A stretch of 64,000 bases of DNA. Source: a virus (taxonomy: Duplodnaviria > Caudoviricetes). Under the pieces are notes generated by a model, which searched no databases, had not been told where the DNA came from, and worked only from the letters and a program-made list of their open reading frames with translations. How positions within the stretch are numbered: position 1 is the first letter of the stretch; every line of letters begins with the position of its first letter. Below, one piece after another: positions 17,371 through 27,624 of this stretch. The stretch lies in IMG/VR virus record IMGVR_UViG_3300020450_001133. One strand, 5' to 3'. Made by a program: the position numbers and the translations under genes.

Positions 17371-18194
17371 TATTTTTTAAGTCCTTTAATTACCCAACCA
17401 CTGATATCTACTTCGCTCCAGTGTTGACTGTTACTCGTTGCTCTCCAATGTCTATGATGATTGTTGTGTAACATTTCACCAAATGTAAGGATTGCACCTA
17501 CTCTATTATTTACACTATTATCTGGTGTATCAAAGTTTCTATAGCCAAACCAACTGTAATGACTAAGTGCTGTTACCAAACTGGTATTCATTAGTGTTGC
17601 CCATATACCAAACCAGATACCGTATAGTGCAACTTGCCAACCAAACAATAACCATGCTAGTGCAAATGTTCCATAGTTAATTGCTATATGATTGTCATTT
17701 AAAAACGTATAATACTTATCTGTTACAAACTCTCTTCTTATGTAAGTAACCAAAGTACGTCTATCTATGTGTTTATCAAAATATTTTTGTTCTCTATGCC
17801 ATGTTAAAAAGGCATGCCAAAAACCTTGTAAGGGTGAGTGTGGATCATCTTCTCTGTCGCTATTTTTATGATGTCCTCTTTCATGTATCATAACCCAAGG
17901 AAATATACTGCCATAACCATTAAACACACTAAATGTGGTCATAATCCTTTCTTTCCATTTGGGCATGTCAAATGCTTTGTGACCCCAATACCTATGTAAT
18001 CCTATAGCCATTCCTACACAACCAAACAAAAAGTATGTAATAAGACCTAACCAAAGATAATTCCAATCTCCATTAAATGCCATAATCGGCAAGATACACC
18101 ATCCAACTAATTGAATTGGAAGTGTGTAAAACCAAAAATTTATTTTTGCTTTATCTTTAAAAAAGTTTGTTAATGAAGTCAAAATTCGTTTCAT
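17370..18194 (-). CDS. Membrane fatty-acid desaturase, second copy
   Basis: His boxes HRYWGH, HERGHH, HNNHH; DDPHSP motif. Confidence 0.92.
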   Translation of the reverse strand: MKRILTSLTNFFKDKAKINFWFYTLPIQLVGWCILPIMAFNGDWNYLWLGLITYFLFGCVGMAIGLHRYWGHKAFDMPKWKERIMTTFSVFNGYGSIFPWVMIHERGHHKNSDREDDPHSPLQGFWHAFLTWHREQKYFDKHIDRRTLVTYIRREFVTDKYYTFLNDNHIAINYGTFALAWLLFGWQVALYGIWFGIWATLMNTSLVTALSHYSWFGYRNFDTPDNSVNNRVGAILTFGEMLHNNHHRHWRATSNSQHWSEVDISGWVIKGLKK

Positions 18195-19113
18195 GATGTT
18201 TTTCTAGCATTTCCTTTAGTCTAGTGTCTACTTTTACTGTATATTGTAGACTAGCATACTTCATAGTCAAAGGACCATATGGTGCTAATCTTTGTCTTAA
18301 TGCTTTATCGTATTTATCATGTCCGAAGTGACTTTTAAGTAATTCAATACCTATTAACTTCTGAGTGGTCGGTTTTATGTCAAAACCTGCTTGTTTTATG
18401 GTTCTCATCTCATATTGATAGTACCTATGTGGTGCATTATCAACAAATTCTTGTGTATTAGACTTTAAGACATCACCATAACTTTGTGTAAACATCCAAC
18501 TAGTGTACATGTCTACATAATGTTCTTGAAAATTTGTATATTCTTTACCACTTACTTCAGCGGCATGTTCCTGTGTTTGATGAGGAACAAAAGGCATAAA
18601 GCCGTTATTTTTACTTCTAGTCCAGTCGCTATTACTAACATGTGCCATAAAGCCAGGATATACAACACAACAATCCGGCAATAAATCAAAAAACTTTCCA
18701 ACTATTGTCATTTGTGGTTGTGTTGTTGGGAAATTTTCTCCCCAATACAAAAACTCCGGACCATCAAATAATGCTGGAACGTCTATATGGAATAATTCAT
18801 ATTTTATACCTCTTGCTTCACAATATGCAATAGTACAATCGTTTTCACGTTTACTAAGATTATCACTTAAAACTGGAATGGCGGCAACAAAATCTATACC
18901 TGCCATTTTAAATCCTTGCATAGCAATTTGTGAATACATGTGTTGCACACTATAATCACACCATACATAAATGTCCTTAGTATATTTGTTTCTTATTTTT
19001 ATTGCTGTATTTGTTGCTTCTTTTAAAGGTATATCAGGAACACAATCTGGTGCATTGTAAAACATGTCTACATTTTGACCATTACCAAACTCACTAAAAG
19101 TTACACCTCTCAT
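18157..19113 (-). CDS. Hypothetical protein resembling a degenerate PP-loop (adenine nucleotide alpha-hydrolase) family
   Basis: IYVWC..S..FKMAGIDF....YCEARGIKYELFHID pattern; the canonical SGGxDS is missing. Confidence 0.4.
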   Translation of the reverse strand: MRGVTFSEFGNGQNVDMFYNAPDCVPDIPLKEATNTAIKIRNKYTKDIYVWCDYSVQHMYSQIAMQGFKMAGIDFVAAIPVLSDNLSKRENDCTIAYCEARGIKYELFHIDVPALFDGPEFLYWGENFPTTQPQMTIVGKFFDLLPDCCVVYPGFMAHVSNSDWTRSKNNGFMPFVPHQTQEHAAEVSGKEYTNFQEHYVDMYTSWMFTQSYGDVLKSNTQEFVDNAPHRYYQYEMRTIKQAGFDIKPTTQKLIGIELLKSHFGHDKYDKALRQRLAPYGPLTMKYASLQYTVKVDTRLKEMLEKHHETNFDFINKLF

Positions 19114-20252
19114 TCGTACTCCCTATACAAATGTAAATCATTTAAGTTGTATGTTCTTATAAATGGGTCACCAGGTTCTAATAATTTAATAGGTCTAGCC
19201 ATAGGTACCCAATATTCTCTCATTGTGAAGGGTGGAGCATTATAAGGTCTATTGTAATATTTTTCTTTTACATCATTGTATTCAAGTTTATTTTCAGCAT
19301 CGCAACTGATTAAATGGTATTCAAATAATTGTCCATTTATATCAACTTGGAATCTATGAAACATATCTTGTTTAAATTTAAAAGTTCCATATAACCAACC
19401 ACTTTGTAAATTAAATGTAATACCACGTGGCAGTTCTACACCCAAATCAACATATCTTGCTTCTACAAAATTTTCTAATTCACATCCACCATATAACATA
19501 CTAACATTATCACCAGGTCGAACTGGTATTAAGTGTTCTCCTGCACAATATCTTAGATTGGATACAGGATTAAATTCATAGTATTTTGTTTGCTTAGACG
19601 GTGTCTGTGCAAGTCTAAGAGGCCAAGGAGCACTACGAATACTGCTATCACTATAATATCCTAGTTCATAATCTAATTCTAATTGTTTGTGTACCATTTT
19701 AGTGCAAATGTTATGAACTGCTTTATTGCTGTTTGGTTCACTAGGATCAGTTACGTCATATATGTCTATCCAATTTTGATAGTACCCATTATGCTTATTT
19801 CCACCAACTCTAATAACACCATCTACTGCAACTGGACTTATGTCTATAACAGGCAAATCCCTATTTCCACCTGCACAAACTACCAAATGACCTGCTTTTA
19901 AAAGTTGTTCTATACGATAATCCACTATATAATTACGGTCCATTTGCCAACTAAAACACAATATTTTGGGCTCTTGTACTGCTAAAAGGTCTAGTTTTTC
20001 TATGAGTGGTGCAAGTGTATCTTCGGGAGATACCGTTGTATATGACGTTGTATGACGCTCATAGACGTCGATATACGCACAATCTTCATTAGATTGCATA
20101 CTTATTACCGGATATTGCTTAGAAATGCTGGAAATGACGTCATATTCGCTTAATTCACAATCTATTAGATATGTGTTATGTTTAAAAGATTGTATTATCT
20201 CGACAGGAAAGTCTATCGGGTCGATATAGTCATCAAATTGAATTATAAGCAT
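19110..20252 (-). CDS. Degenerate subtilisin-like (S8) domain plus putative Ig repeat
   Basis: ILCFSW..LLKAGHLVVCAGGN..ISPVAVDGVIRVGG matches the S8 core but HGT and GTS are absent; LPRGITFNLQSGWLYGT resembles a He_PIG Ig repeat. Confidence 0.55.
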   Translation of the reverse strand: MLIIQFDDYIDPIDFPVEIIQSFKHNTYLIDCELSEYDVISSISKQYPVISMQSNEDCAYIDVYERHTTSYTTVSPEDTLAPLIEKLDLLAVQEPKILCFSWQMDRNYIVDYRIEQLLKAGHLVVCAGGNRDLPVIDISPVAVDGVIRVGGNKHNGYYQNWIDIYDVTDPSEPNSNKAVHNICTKMVHKQLELDYELGYYSDSSIRSAPWPLRLAQTPSKQTKYYEFNPVSNLRYCAGEHLIPVRPGDNVSMLYGGCELENFVEARYVDLGVELPRGITFNLQSGWLYGTFKFKQDMFHRFQVDINGQLFEYHLISCDAENKLEYNDVKEKYYNRPYNAPPFTMREYWVPMARPIKLLEPGDPFIRTYNLNDLHLYREYE

Positions 20253-20281
20253 AGTTAATACTTATCTGTGAATAATGTTAT

Positions 20282-20545
20282 TTAACCAGCAAATGTGGTG
20301 GAAGCACCGTTGGCGGCATGACCACAAGAAGCAACATCTCCTGCTCTTGTAACAGTTTTGCCTGTGGCAAATACAGTTGAACTTGTACCTATGATTTTTG
20401 GTGCGGCATGAGGAGCCTTACCATGTCCTGCCACTAAATCACCAACTAGAGATACTCGTTGTCCTTCACAAAAAACTGATCCGGATCCTGGTCCGACTAT
20501 CGCCGCTCCGGCTTGATTTGCTGATACTCTAGTTAATGCTGGCAT
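20282..20545 (-). CDS. PAAR-domain tail spike tip protein (T4 gp5.4-like)
   Basis: MPALTRV, GSGSVF, GHGKAPH, SSTVFATGKTVTRAGDVASCGH. Confidence 0.9.
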   Translation of the reverse strand: MPALTRVSANQAGAAIVGPGSGSVFCEGQRVSLVGDLVAGHGKAPHAAPKIIGTSSTVFATGKTVTRAGDVASCGHAANGASTTFAG

Positions 20546-20564
20546 ACATTTATTTATGCCAATT

Positions 20565-20933
20565 TTATGTGACTGCTTTTAAAATCTCTACAAAAAGTTT
20601 GCCATATTTTGCAAACCATGTCTGTTCTTCAGTTAATGCTATACCATAACTATCTGCCAACATAATAGCAGTTTCAGTACCTAAGAAAGCATTACTTACT
20701 AACAGAAAACCTGCACTTGATACTAACAAATACAAATGGTCAGTTCCTCTAAGGCTATGTACCATTATAATAACTGTTCCTGCAAATAGCATAAGATACG
20801 CATATAGTTCCATGTGAGGGTTATATGAGATACCTAAAGACATTGTCAAACCAAGAAACAATAGAGAACAACCTACAACTTTAAGTGTAGTTTGCACAAA
20901 TCCGTGGATTTGCCTCTTCTGTTTCCTAGTCAT
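20565..20933 (-). CDS. Hypothetical membrane protein
   Basis: Three hydrophobic segments; directly downstream of a consensus sigma70 promoter. Confidence 0.65.
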   Translation of the reverse strand: MTRKQKRQIHGFVQTTLKVVGCSLLFLGLTMSLGISYNPHMELYAYLMLFAGTVIIMVHSLRGTDHLYLLVSSAGFLLVSNAFLGTETAIMLADSYGIALTEEQTWFAKYGKLFVEILKAVT

Positions 20934-20941
20934 AAAGTATT

Positions 20942-20970
20942 ATTATACCAGAAAAACTGGTAAATGTCAA
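20942..20970 (-). promoter_or_regulatory. Consensus sigma70-type promoter with extended -10
   Basis: AAAAAAGG-TTGACA-N17-TATAAT with TGG before the -10; the spacer carries the inverted repeat TACCAG-N5-CTGGTA. Confidence 0.85.
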
Positions 20971-20988
20971 CCTTTTTTGGGAGTTTTT

Positions 20989-22089
20989 TTAGAGAGAAAA
21001 ACCTTTAAATGTATCGTTATCAACGTCTTGTTTTGTGCCGCCAATAACATAACTGCTTATTTCAGTCTCTTGTGGAGCAACTTGAACACTACCGCCTGTA
21101 ATCCATGCTTGGGTCCAAGGTAAAGGATTTGTTCCTGTGTTAAAAGGTGTTTCTAATTGTACTGCTCTCATTCTTTTACCTGCAATATATTCTATATATT
21201 GCTTTAACAGTTCTGCATTTAGTCCTATAATACTACCGTCTTTAAACAAATAATCTGCCCAGGCTTTTTCTTGCTCAACTGCATCCATAAACATACCAAT
21301 AGATTCTTCTTTTAATTCTTTTGCTATCTTTACATAGTCTTTATCATCTTTAGGCAGAAGTTTTAGCATTTGTTGTGTACTTGCTAAATGAACGTTTTCA
21401 TCTCTAGCAATTAGTTTGATAATTTTAGCATTACCTTCCATTTTTTTAAGTTCAGCAAATGCCCAACTACAAGCAAATGAAACATAAAAACGTACACCTT
21501 CTAATATGTTTACACTCATTAAACATCTGTACAATGCTTTTTTATGTTCGTATTCATTGTAACTTTGTAAGCCACGTTCTCTTGCTTGGTTTTGTTCGAT
21601 TAATTTGTCATAGTTTTCTGTAATTGCATCTGAGCAATCTGTTATTTCTTTAATGCTTAACATTTCATCAAATACTTTACTTGGATCTGGGTACACATTT
21701 CTTATTATGTGCGTATAACTTCTACTGTGAATAGTTTCTGAGAATGCCCAAGTTTCAATCCATGTTTCTAATTCAGGAACACTAACAACAGGCAACAATG
21801 CTAAATTAGGTGAACGACCTTGTACACTATCTAATAGTATTTGTCTTTTTAGATTGCTTGTAAAAATATGTTGTTCAAAGTCAGTTAGTTCTTTAAAGTC
21901 TTTTGCGTCTTTTAAAATATCAACTTCTTCAGGTCTCCAAAAGAAACCAAGTTGCTTTTCAGTTAATTTTTCAAACTGCTTATATTTAACAACATCAAAT
22001 CTTTGTACACCTGGCCCGCCACCAGAGTCCAAAAACATTTTTGCTTTTGTATGATGTGTTTTATTTTTTGCATCAAAAACTGAACTCAT
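20989..22089 (-). CDS. nrdB: Ribonucleotide reductase class Ia beta subunit
   Basis: FFWRPEEV, LDSVQGR, SETIHSRSYTH, LEGVRFY, IARDENVH, VAPQETEISSY. Confidence 0.97.
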   Translation of the reverse strand: MSSVFDAKNKTHHTKAKMFLDSGGGPGVQRFDVVKYKQFEKLTEKQLGFFWRPEEVDILKDAKDFKELTDFEQHIFTSNLKRQILLDSVQGRSPNLALLPVVSVPELETWIETWAFSETIHSRSYTHIIRNVYPDPSKVFDEMLSIKEITDCSDAITENYDKLIEQNQARERGLQSYNEYEHKKALYRCLMSVNILEGVRFYVSFACSWAFAELKKMEGNAKIIKLIARDENVHLASTQQMLKLLPKDDKDYVKIAKELKEESIGMFMDAVEQEKAWADYLFKDGSIIGLNAELLKQYIEYIAGKRMRAVQLETPFNTGTNPLPWTQAWITGGSVQVAPQETEISSYVIGGTKQDVDNDTFKGFSL

Positions 22090-24395
22090 TATATTTTACA
22101 ACTCTCGCAATCATCATCTTCTAGTAATGGTGAAACATTACCAGACTCTATAAACTGCACTTGGGCAGTTTCTTCTTTGTTAATATCTATCTCACCTTGT
22201 CCATCGTGAGTATTATTATAGTATAATTGTTTACCACCATATTTATAAAACATTACTAGGTGTTGTAACAACATACTCATAGGCACTTTCTCATCTTCGA
22301 AGTGCTCTGGATTGTATGATGTATTTACCGAAATACCCTGGTCAATGTACTTTTGAAGAATGGACATTATCTTCAAATACCCTTCAGGTGACTTCTGTTC
22401 CCAAAGTAAATCATACTTGTTTTTCAATCTTGGAAAACCTGGTACTACTTGTTTTAACACACCATGTTTGCTTTGCTTAATACTAACATAACTTCTTGGT
22501 GGTTCAATACCATTTGTACTGTTACTAATCTGTGCTGATGTTTCTGCAGGCATCAATGCCATTAACGTACTATTTCTAATACCAGTTTCTTTAAGTTGTT
22601 TTCTTAAACTTTTCCAGTCAGCACGTTCTTGATGTTTTACTAATTCATCAACATCTTTCTTGTATGTCTGATTAGGAGTAATACCCAAACTGTATTTAGT
22701 CTCATCGGACTTAGGACATGCTCCTTTTTCAACTGCCAAGTCTGCACTTGCTTTAATTAAGTAATAACTCCATGCTTCAGTCCAAGTATCTACCATTTCC
22801 AAATTTGGTTCTTGGTATGTGCTATCATTTTTTGCCATCCAATATGCAAAGTTTATGATACCAATTCCTAATGGGCGTCTATTCATTGTGCTAACTCTTG
22901 CCGCTTCAATAGGATATTCTTGGTAGTCCAGAAGTTCATCTAATGCTCTAACAGCCAAATCGCAAACTTTTTCCATTTGCTCTAAACTTTTAATGGCACC
23001 CCAATTAACCGCACTCAAAGTACATAGGCTAATTTCGCCATTAGGGTCATCTATATTTGTTAAAGGTTTAGTTGGCAAATCAATTTCACAACATAAATTA
23101 CTTTGTTTGATTGGGGCAACATCTTCAATGAAAGAACCATGTGTATTAGCATGGTCCACATTTTGTAGATAAATTCTACCTGTGTCTTTTCTTTCTTGAA
23201 CAAAGTTGCTGAAAAGTTCTACTGCTGGTATTGATTTTTTCCTAATGCTAGTTTTTCTTTCTGCCGCTTCATAAACTTCTTTAAACTTATCTTGGTCAGT
23301 AAAGAAAGCATCATAAACTTCTGGTACATCATTAGGGGAGAATAATGTAATATTACCACCTTCAATTAATCTTTCATACATCAATTTGTTAAACTGTACA
23401 CCATAGTCCATATGACGTACTCTGTTATCTTCTGTTCCTTTATTATTCTTTAACACTAGCATATCTTCAATTTCTAAATGCCAAATAGGATAATAAAGTG
23501 TAGCCGCTCCGCCTCTTACACCACCTTGACTGCAAGACTTAACTGCTGATTGAAATAATTTATAGAAGGGGATAACGCCTGTATGTGTTGCATCTCCACT
23601 CCTAATCTTAGAACCAATTGCTCTAATTCTTCCTGCTCCAATTCCAATACCTGCTTTCTGCGATACATATTTAACAATACTGCTACTTGTTGCATTAATA
23701 CTGTCCAAACTATCATCTGTTTCAATAAGTACGCAACTACTAAATTGTCTTTGTGGTGTTCTAACACCTGCCATTACAGGTGTAGGCAAACTAATTAAAA
23801 ACTTACTAATTGCATCATAGTAGTCTTTAATATATTTCATTCTTTTTTCAACAGGATATTTTGCAAACAATGTTGCGGCAATCATCATATATGCAACTTG
23901 TGGTGTTTCAAATATTTCACCTGTTGCTCTATTTTGTACTAGATACTTTCCACGGAACTGTTCCATAGCCGCATAAGTAAGATATTCATCTCTGCTATGG
24001 TCTATATAACTTTGTAATTCATTAATATCATCTTTAGTAAACAACTCTACAAATTCAGGGTCATAAAATCCTGCATCAATATTGTCTTGAACAATATCAC
24101 ATAAGCAAGGTGGTGTAAATGTATTATATACTTGCTTACGCAAATGATAGTTAATTAATCTACCTGCTACATATTGATAGTTTGGTGTTTCTTCTGATAT
24201 AAGGTCTGCGGCACTTTTAATAAGTGTTTCTTGAATGTCTTCTGTTTTAATTGAATCAAAGAATTGAATTTGTGAATTTATCTCTACTTGTGAAGCACTT
24301 ACACCAGTAATGTCCTCACAAGCATACATAACGACTTTATGCAATTTATCAATGTTTAAATCTTCTAGTCGTCCGTCCCTTTTCTGTACCTGCAT
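22089..24395 (-). CDS. nrdA: Ribonucleotide reductase class Ia alpha subunit with ATP-cone
   Basis: Likely start MQVQKRDG (24395); PTPVMAG, FSSCVL, QSNLCCEI, CTLSA, MPAETS, LYY, C-terminal CESC. Confidence 0.97.
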   Translation of the reverse strand: MQVQKRDGRLEDLNIDKLHKVVMYACEDITGVSASQVEINSQIQFFDSIKTEDIQETLIKSAADLISEETPNYQYVAGRLINYHLRKQVYNTFTPPCLCDIVQDNIDAGFYDPEFVELFTKDDINELQSYIDHSRDEYLTYAAMEQFRGKYLVQNRATGEIFETPQVAYMMIAATLFAKYPVEKRMKYIKDYYDAISKFLISLPTPVMAGVRTPQRQFSSCVLIETDDSLDSINATSSSIVKYVSQKAGIGIGAGRIRAIGSKIRSGDATHTGVIPFYKLFQSAVKSCSQGGVRGGAATLYYPIWHLEIEDMLVLKNNKGTEDNRVRHMDYGVQFNKLMYERLIEGGNITLFSPNDVPEVYDAFFTDQDKFKEVYEAAERKTSIRKKSIPAVELFSNFVQERKDTGRIYLQNVDHANTHGSFIEDVAPIKQSNLCCEIDLPTKPLTNIDDPNGEISLCTLSAVNWGAIKSLEQMEKVCDLAVRALDELLDYQEYPIEAARVSTMNRRPLGIGIINFAYWMAKNDSTYQEPNLEMVDTWTEAWSYYLIKASADLAVEKGACPKSDETKYSLGITPNQTYKKDVDELVKHQERADWKSLRKQLKETGIRNSTLMALMPAETSAQISNSTNGIEPPRSYVSIKQSKHGVLKQVVPGFPRLKNKYDLLWEQKSPEGYLKIMSILQKYIDQGISVNTSYNPEHFEDEKVPMSMLLQHLVMFYKYGGKQLYYNNTHDGQGEIDINKEETAQVQFIESGNVSPLLEDDDCESCKI

Positions 24396-24464
24396 GTGTT
24401 TTCCGTATTTGTATCTATGTTTTAGTTTAAGTATCATTATACAACAGAATGTTGAATAAGTCAA

Positions 24465-24890
24465 TTAAATTAAAGGTATGAGTAAATCTTTATAATCTAT
24501 AAGTGTTATGTACAAATCATCGGATTCAGCAAGTGACACTGAACGTTCTGGATTAAGGTTATACATTCTCCCATTTGTTATAAAAACTGCACCATCGTTT
24601 CCTGTAACATGATTACTTATCACTTTCCATTGAGTTTCGGTTGGATTTAGGAAGTTTAAATGCCCTAATGTTTGGTACAAAAGAATGGCTATTCCTGTTG
24701 CACAAAAGTAACCTTCTTCCACTATTGTAAAAGGATTGGGCCAAGTTTTGGGAGTCCAATAATCTAGATATCTAGGTAGGATTTTTATTTTGGCAAACTG
24801 TTCTAAAACGTCCTGTTCTGTTTCAGCATTTTGTCTTAGTTTTCGCCACTGAATAATCCGGCTTTCTGCCGTTGTGTGTTGTTCGAACAT
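24465..24890 (-). CDS. Hypothetical phage protein upstream of nrdA
   Basis: 141-aa ORF with a WTPKTWPNPF..EEGYFC pattern. Confidence 0.65.
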   Translation of the reverse strand: MFEQHTTAESRIIQWRKLRQNAETEQDVLEQFAKIKILPRYLDYWTPKTWPNPFTIVEEGYFCATGIAILLYQTLGHLNFLNPTETQWKVISNHVTGNDGAVFITNGRMYNLNPERSVSLAESDDLYITLIDYKDLLIPLI

Positions 24891-24899
24891 TTTTAATTC

Positions 24900-27563
24900 T
24901 TAGGATTTCCATCTTCTAACAATGTATTTCATTACTACATTACTTGTAGCAGGTTGAATACTATTATTTGCAGTAATGTTTACAGTATTAGAACCTGGTG
25001 CCATACTAGCATTAAATTGTATATTTCCTGATACAGTAGTAACATTACCACTTACGTTAGAAGTATCTGCGATTTCAGATGATATATCTTGTATAGTAAC
25101 TGCTCCATTGGATTGTATATTACCACCACCTGCATCAAATCTATCTGCATTTTGATTACCAATGTAACTTAATGTACCAACTCTATTATAAAACAATGTA
25201 ATATTTGAATCATTAGGATCCAAAGTTTGTCCTGTTAATGAATAGTCTACAAATACTGTATCATAAACACTTGTATCTGTGCCTAATGCTGTTAATAGAA
25301 CATTACTGTTAGAACCAATTGTTAATTGCTGTGGTTGTGTAAATGTTGTTACAGCCTGACCTGCTTCTTGTGAAGCAGTTGTTAAGAGTTCGATATTTGT
25401 TTTTATTGTAGCAAGTCCTCTTTTATCTGGATTTGAGGACCTAAAATAAAGTTTGTTTACTAGTTCTGCAAAGTTACCTGCTTCATCACTGCTTGTAAAA
25501 TCAATCTCTGCATTTGTTGTATCTAATGAAATACCAAAACTGTTAAAAGTTTCTGTTCCATAAACATCATTAATATATGCATTTGTAATAATGTTTACTT
25601 TTTCATCAGCAAGAACACGTTTTAACCAAGTTTCTAATTTAGCCTTAACTGTATGACTTGCTCTTGTATAATAACCTGGTAAAATACCCATAGCATTCCA
25701 AGTATTTGTATCTGCTTGTGGGTCGTCAAACAATCTATATTGCGATTGGTCATTACTGTAAATGTATGCTTCATCATTTACATCTGGTTTAAGACTCATC
25801 CTAATCCATTGTTGTTTACTATTAATCTCGCCAATTGCACCACTTAATGTGCTTTTACCTGACAAGTCTAACATATAACCTGCTGTTACTGTAAGTCCGT
25901 CTGCTTCTACAATATTACTTAATACAGGACTTAAATTACCTGTTACATTAGCCGTTACCGCAGAACTAACTGGAATAAAGAATGCATTTTGTGATGGTGT
26001 ACCTTGTACATCAGTAGATGTACTTGCACTTATACCACCTACAGCAGTATCAAATGTTACATTTGTTGTTCCTGGTACTCCATGACTTGCACTAAAAATT
26101 TGTACATTAGCACCAGTATTATCTGTACCATAGTTTATGTAATCTAAATCACTGTTAATTGCAACTGTTACACTTGGTTCTGTGACTGTAAAGTTACCTG
26201 TTCCAACTGATTGAACTTGATAAATGTTATCAGTATCATTAAATTGCGTATTGTTGCTACCTATAAATCTAACAAAATCATTTGTTGTTAATCCATCAAC
26301 ATTACCTGTTACTGTGACTGTACCACTTGCCGCTACACCTGTTGTAACTGCTCTTGATGTTTGGAAAGCATTTGCTGGAACATCAATTGTAAAACTTGTT
26401 CCTGTGCTATTTGCTTTTACAGGTAATAGTTTTCTGTGTAGATAGTGTGGAGTATTTACAACTGAAAAACTACCACCTTTTGCTTTACCTTCAAACCACA
26501 CATAACTATTGTATCCTGTAGAGTAATCTATATTTGCAGTATCATATTTTGTTAATACTAATGAGTCAGCACCCATATCAACTGTAATTTCTCCTGATGC
26601 CACTGTGGCATTTGCTGAAATACCAGCATATACATTTCCTGAAGAAGCATCAACTGAGAATAAACTTGGATCTTGACTGTCTTTTACTGCAACAACTTTT
26701 CCTAATGAAACATTTGCTACATTGGCAACACCTTGCCCTTCTGCAACAACATCAATATGTTTTGTTTCTAATCCAATAAATCCAGTACCAACTTGTTCGT
26801 TTACTACAACATATTCTGAATTTAGATATCTATAACTTGGTATAGACATATTTGCATGGAAGCCTGTAACTGCGGCTCCACTGGCAATAACTGTATTTGC
26901 TATTGTATGGTTTACATGTGAATTACCGTAATATGTAACTGCTATATCTTGTGAATTTGTAGGTGCTGTTCTAAAGAAAATATTGTGGTCACTATTTGCA
27001 TTACTACCTGTTATAAAGTTGTAATCAAAAGATGTATTTACTGTTGCACCTGTACCACTGCTATCACCTTTTTGTTTAACACCATCTATTAAAACTGTAA
27101 CATCATCAGCATCAAAGGCTACACCAGTTTGATTATGTTTGATAAAGTCATTTCCTGAAACAACTGGATCAAACACATCTCTATTAATAGTATTTCCACT
27201 TCCATCTACAATACCTGCATTTACTGTAATATTTGTATTAGCAGTCCAAGATTGGCTTTTGCTAACACCGTCAAATGTTGCAGAACCTTTTGGAAATCTA
27301 ATATGAGGAACTGTAAATTTTACAATTTGATTATTTGCTAATGATAATGCTCTTGCTTGAGCACCTAATGTATTTTCTAAATATACTGATTTATTAAAAG
27401 TTTTACTAATGCTATCGTCTGTATCAGCACCAATATATACTTGTCTGCTGTCAGTAGCAAATCCAATTTCACCAGGACGCAAAGGTTGAGGTAAATCTTG
27501 TTTCAAACCTCGCCTTTGCTGTATTCTACTAATTATTACTTTTAAATTTGCTTCATCTGACAT
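24900..27563 (-). CDS. Virion structural protein (tail fibre/baseplate-associated-like)
   Basis: N-terminal RIQQRRG..LPQPLRPGEIGFATDSRQVYIG resembles phage fibre anchor modules; T/S/N/G/V-rich beta body. Confidence 0.65.
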   Translation of the reverse strand: MSDEANLKVIISRIQQRRGLKQDLPQPLRPGEIGFATDSRQVYIGADTDDSISKTFNKSVYLENTLGAQARALSLANNQIVKFTVPHIRFPKGSATFDGVSKSQSWTANTNITVNAGIVDGSGNTINRDVFDPVVSGNDFIKHNQTGVAFDADDVTVLIDGVKQKGDSSGTGATVNTSFDYNFITGSNANSDHNIFFRTAPTNSQDIAVTYYGNSHVNHTIANTVIASGAAVTGFHANMSIPSYRYLNSEYVVVNEQVGTGFIGLETKHIDVVAEGQGVANVANVSLGKVVAVKDSQDPSLFSVDASSGNVYAGISANATVASGEITVDMGADSLVLTKYDTANIDYSTGYNSYVWFEGKAKGGSFSVVNTPHYLHRKLLPVKANSTGTSFTIDVPANAFQTSRAVTTGVAASGTVTVTGNVDGLTTNDFVRFIGSNNTQFNDTDNIYQVQSVGTGNFTVTEPSVTVAINSDLDYINYGTDNTGANVQIFSASHGVPGTTNVTFDTAVGGISASTSTDVQGTPSQNAFFIPVSSAVTANVTGNLSPVLSNIVEADGLTVTAGYMLDLSGKSTLSGAIGEINSKQQWIRMSLKPDVNDEAYIYSNDQSQYRLFDDPQADTNTWNAMGILPGYYTRASHTVKAKLETWLKRVLADEKVNIITNAYINDVYGTETFNSFGISLDTTNAEIDFTSSDEAGNFAELVNKLYFRSSNPDKRGLATIKTNIELLTTASQEAGQAVTTFTQPQQLTIGSNSNVLLTALGTDTSVYDTVFVDYSLTGQTLDPNDSNITLFYNRVGTLSYIGNQNADRFDAGGGNIQSNGAVTIQDISSEIADTSNVSGNVTTVSGNIQFNASMAPGSNTVNITANNSIQPATSNVVMKYIVRRWKS

Positions 27564-27624
27564 TATTGTAATCCCATACGTTTATGTATGTATTTATCAT
27601 TTTATCAGAAATGTGAAGTGCTAT

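Noticed and set aside
20989-24464. Introns, inteins or homing endonucleases in nrdA/nrdB (also checked in the helicases and thyX)
   Set aside because: Proteins are of normal length with contiguous motifs. The 23 extra N-terminal residues in the nrdA ORF call probably reflect an upstream in-frame ATG.
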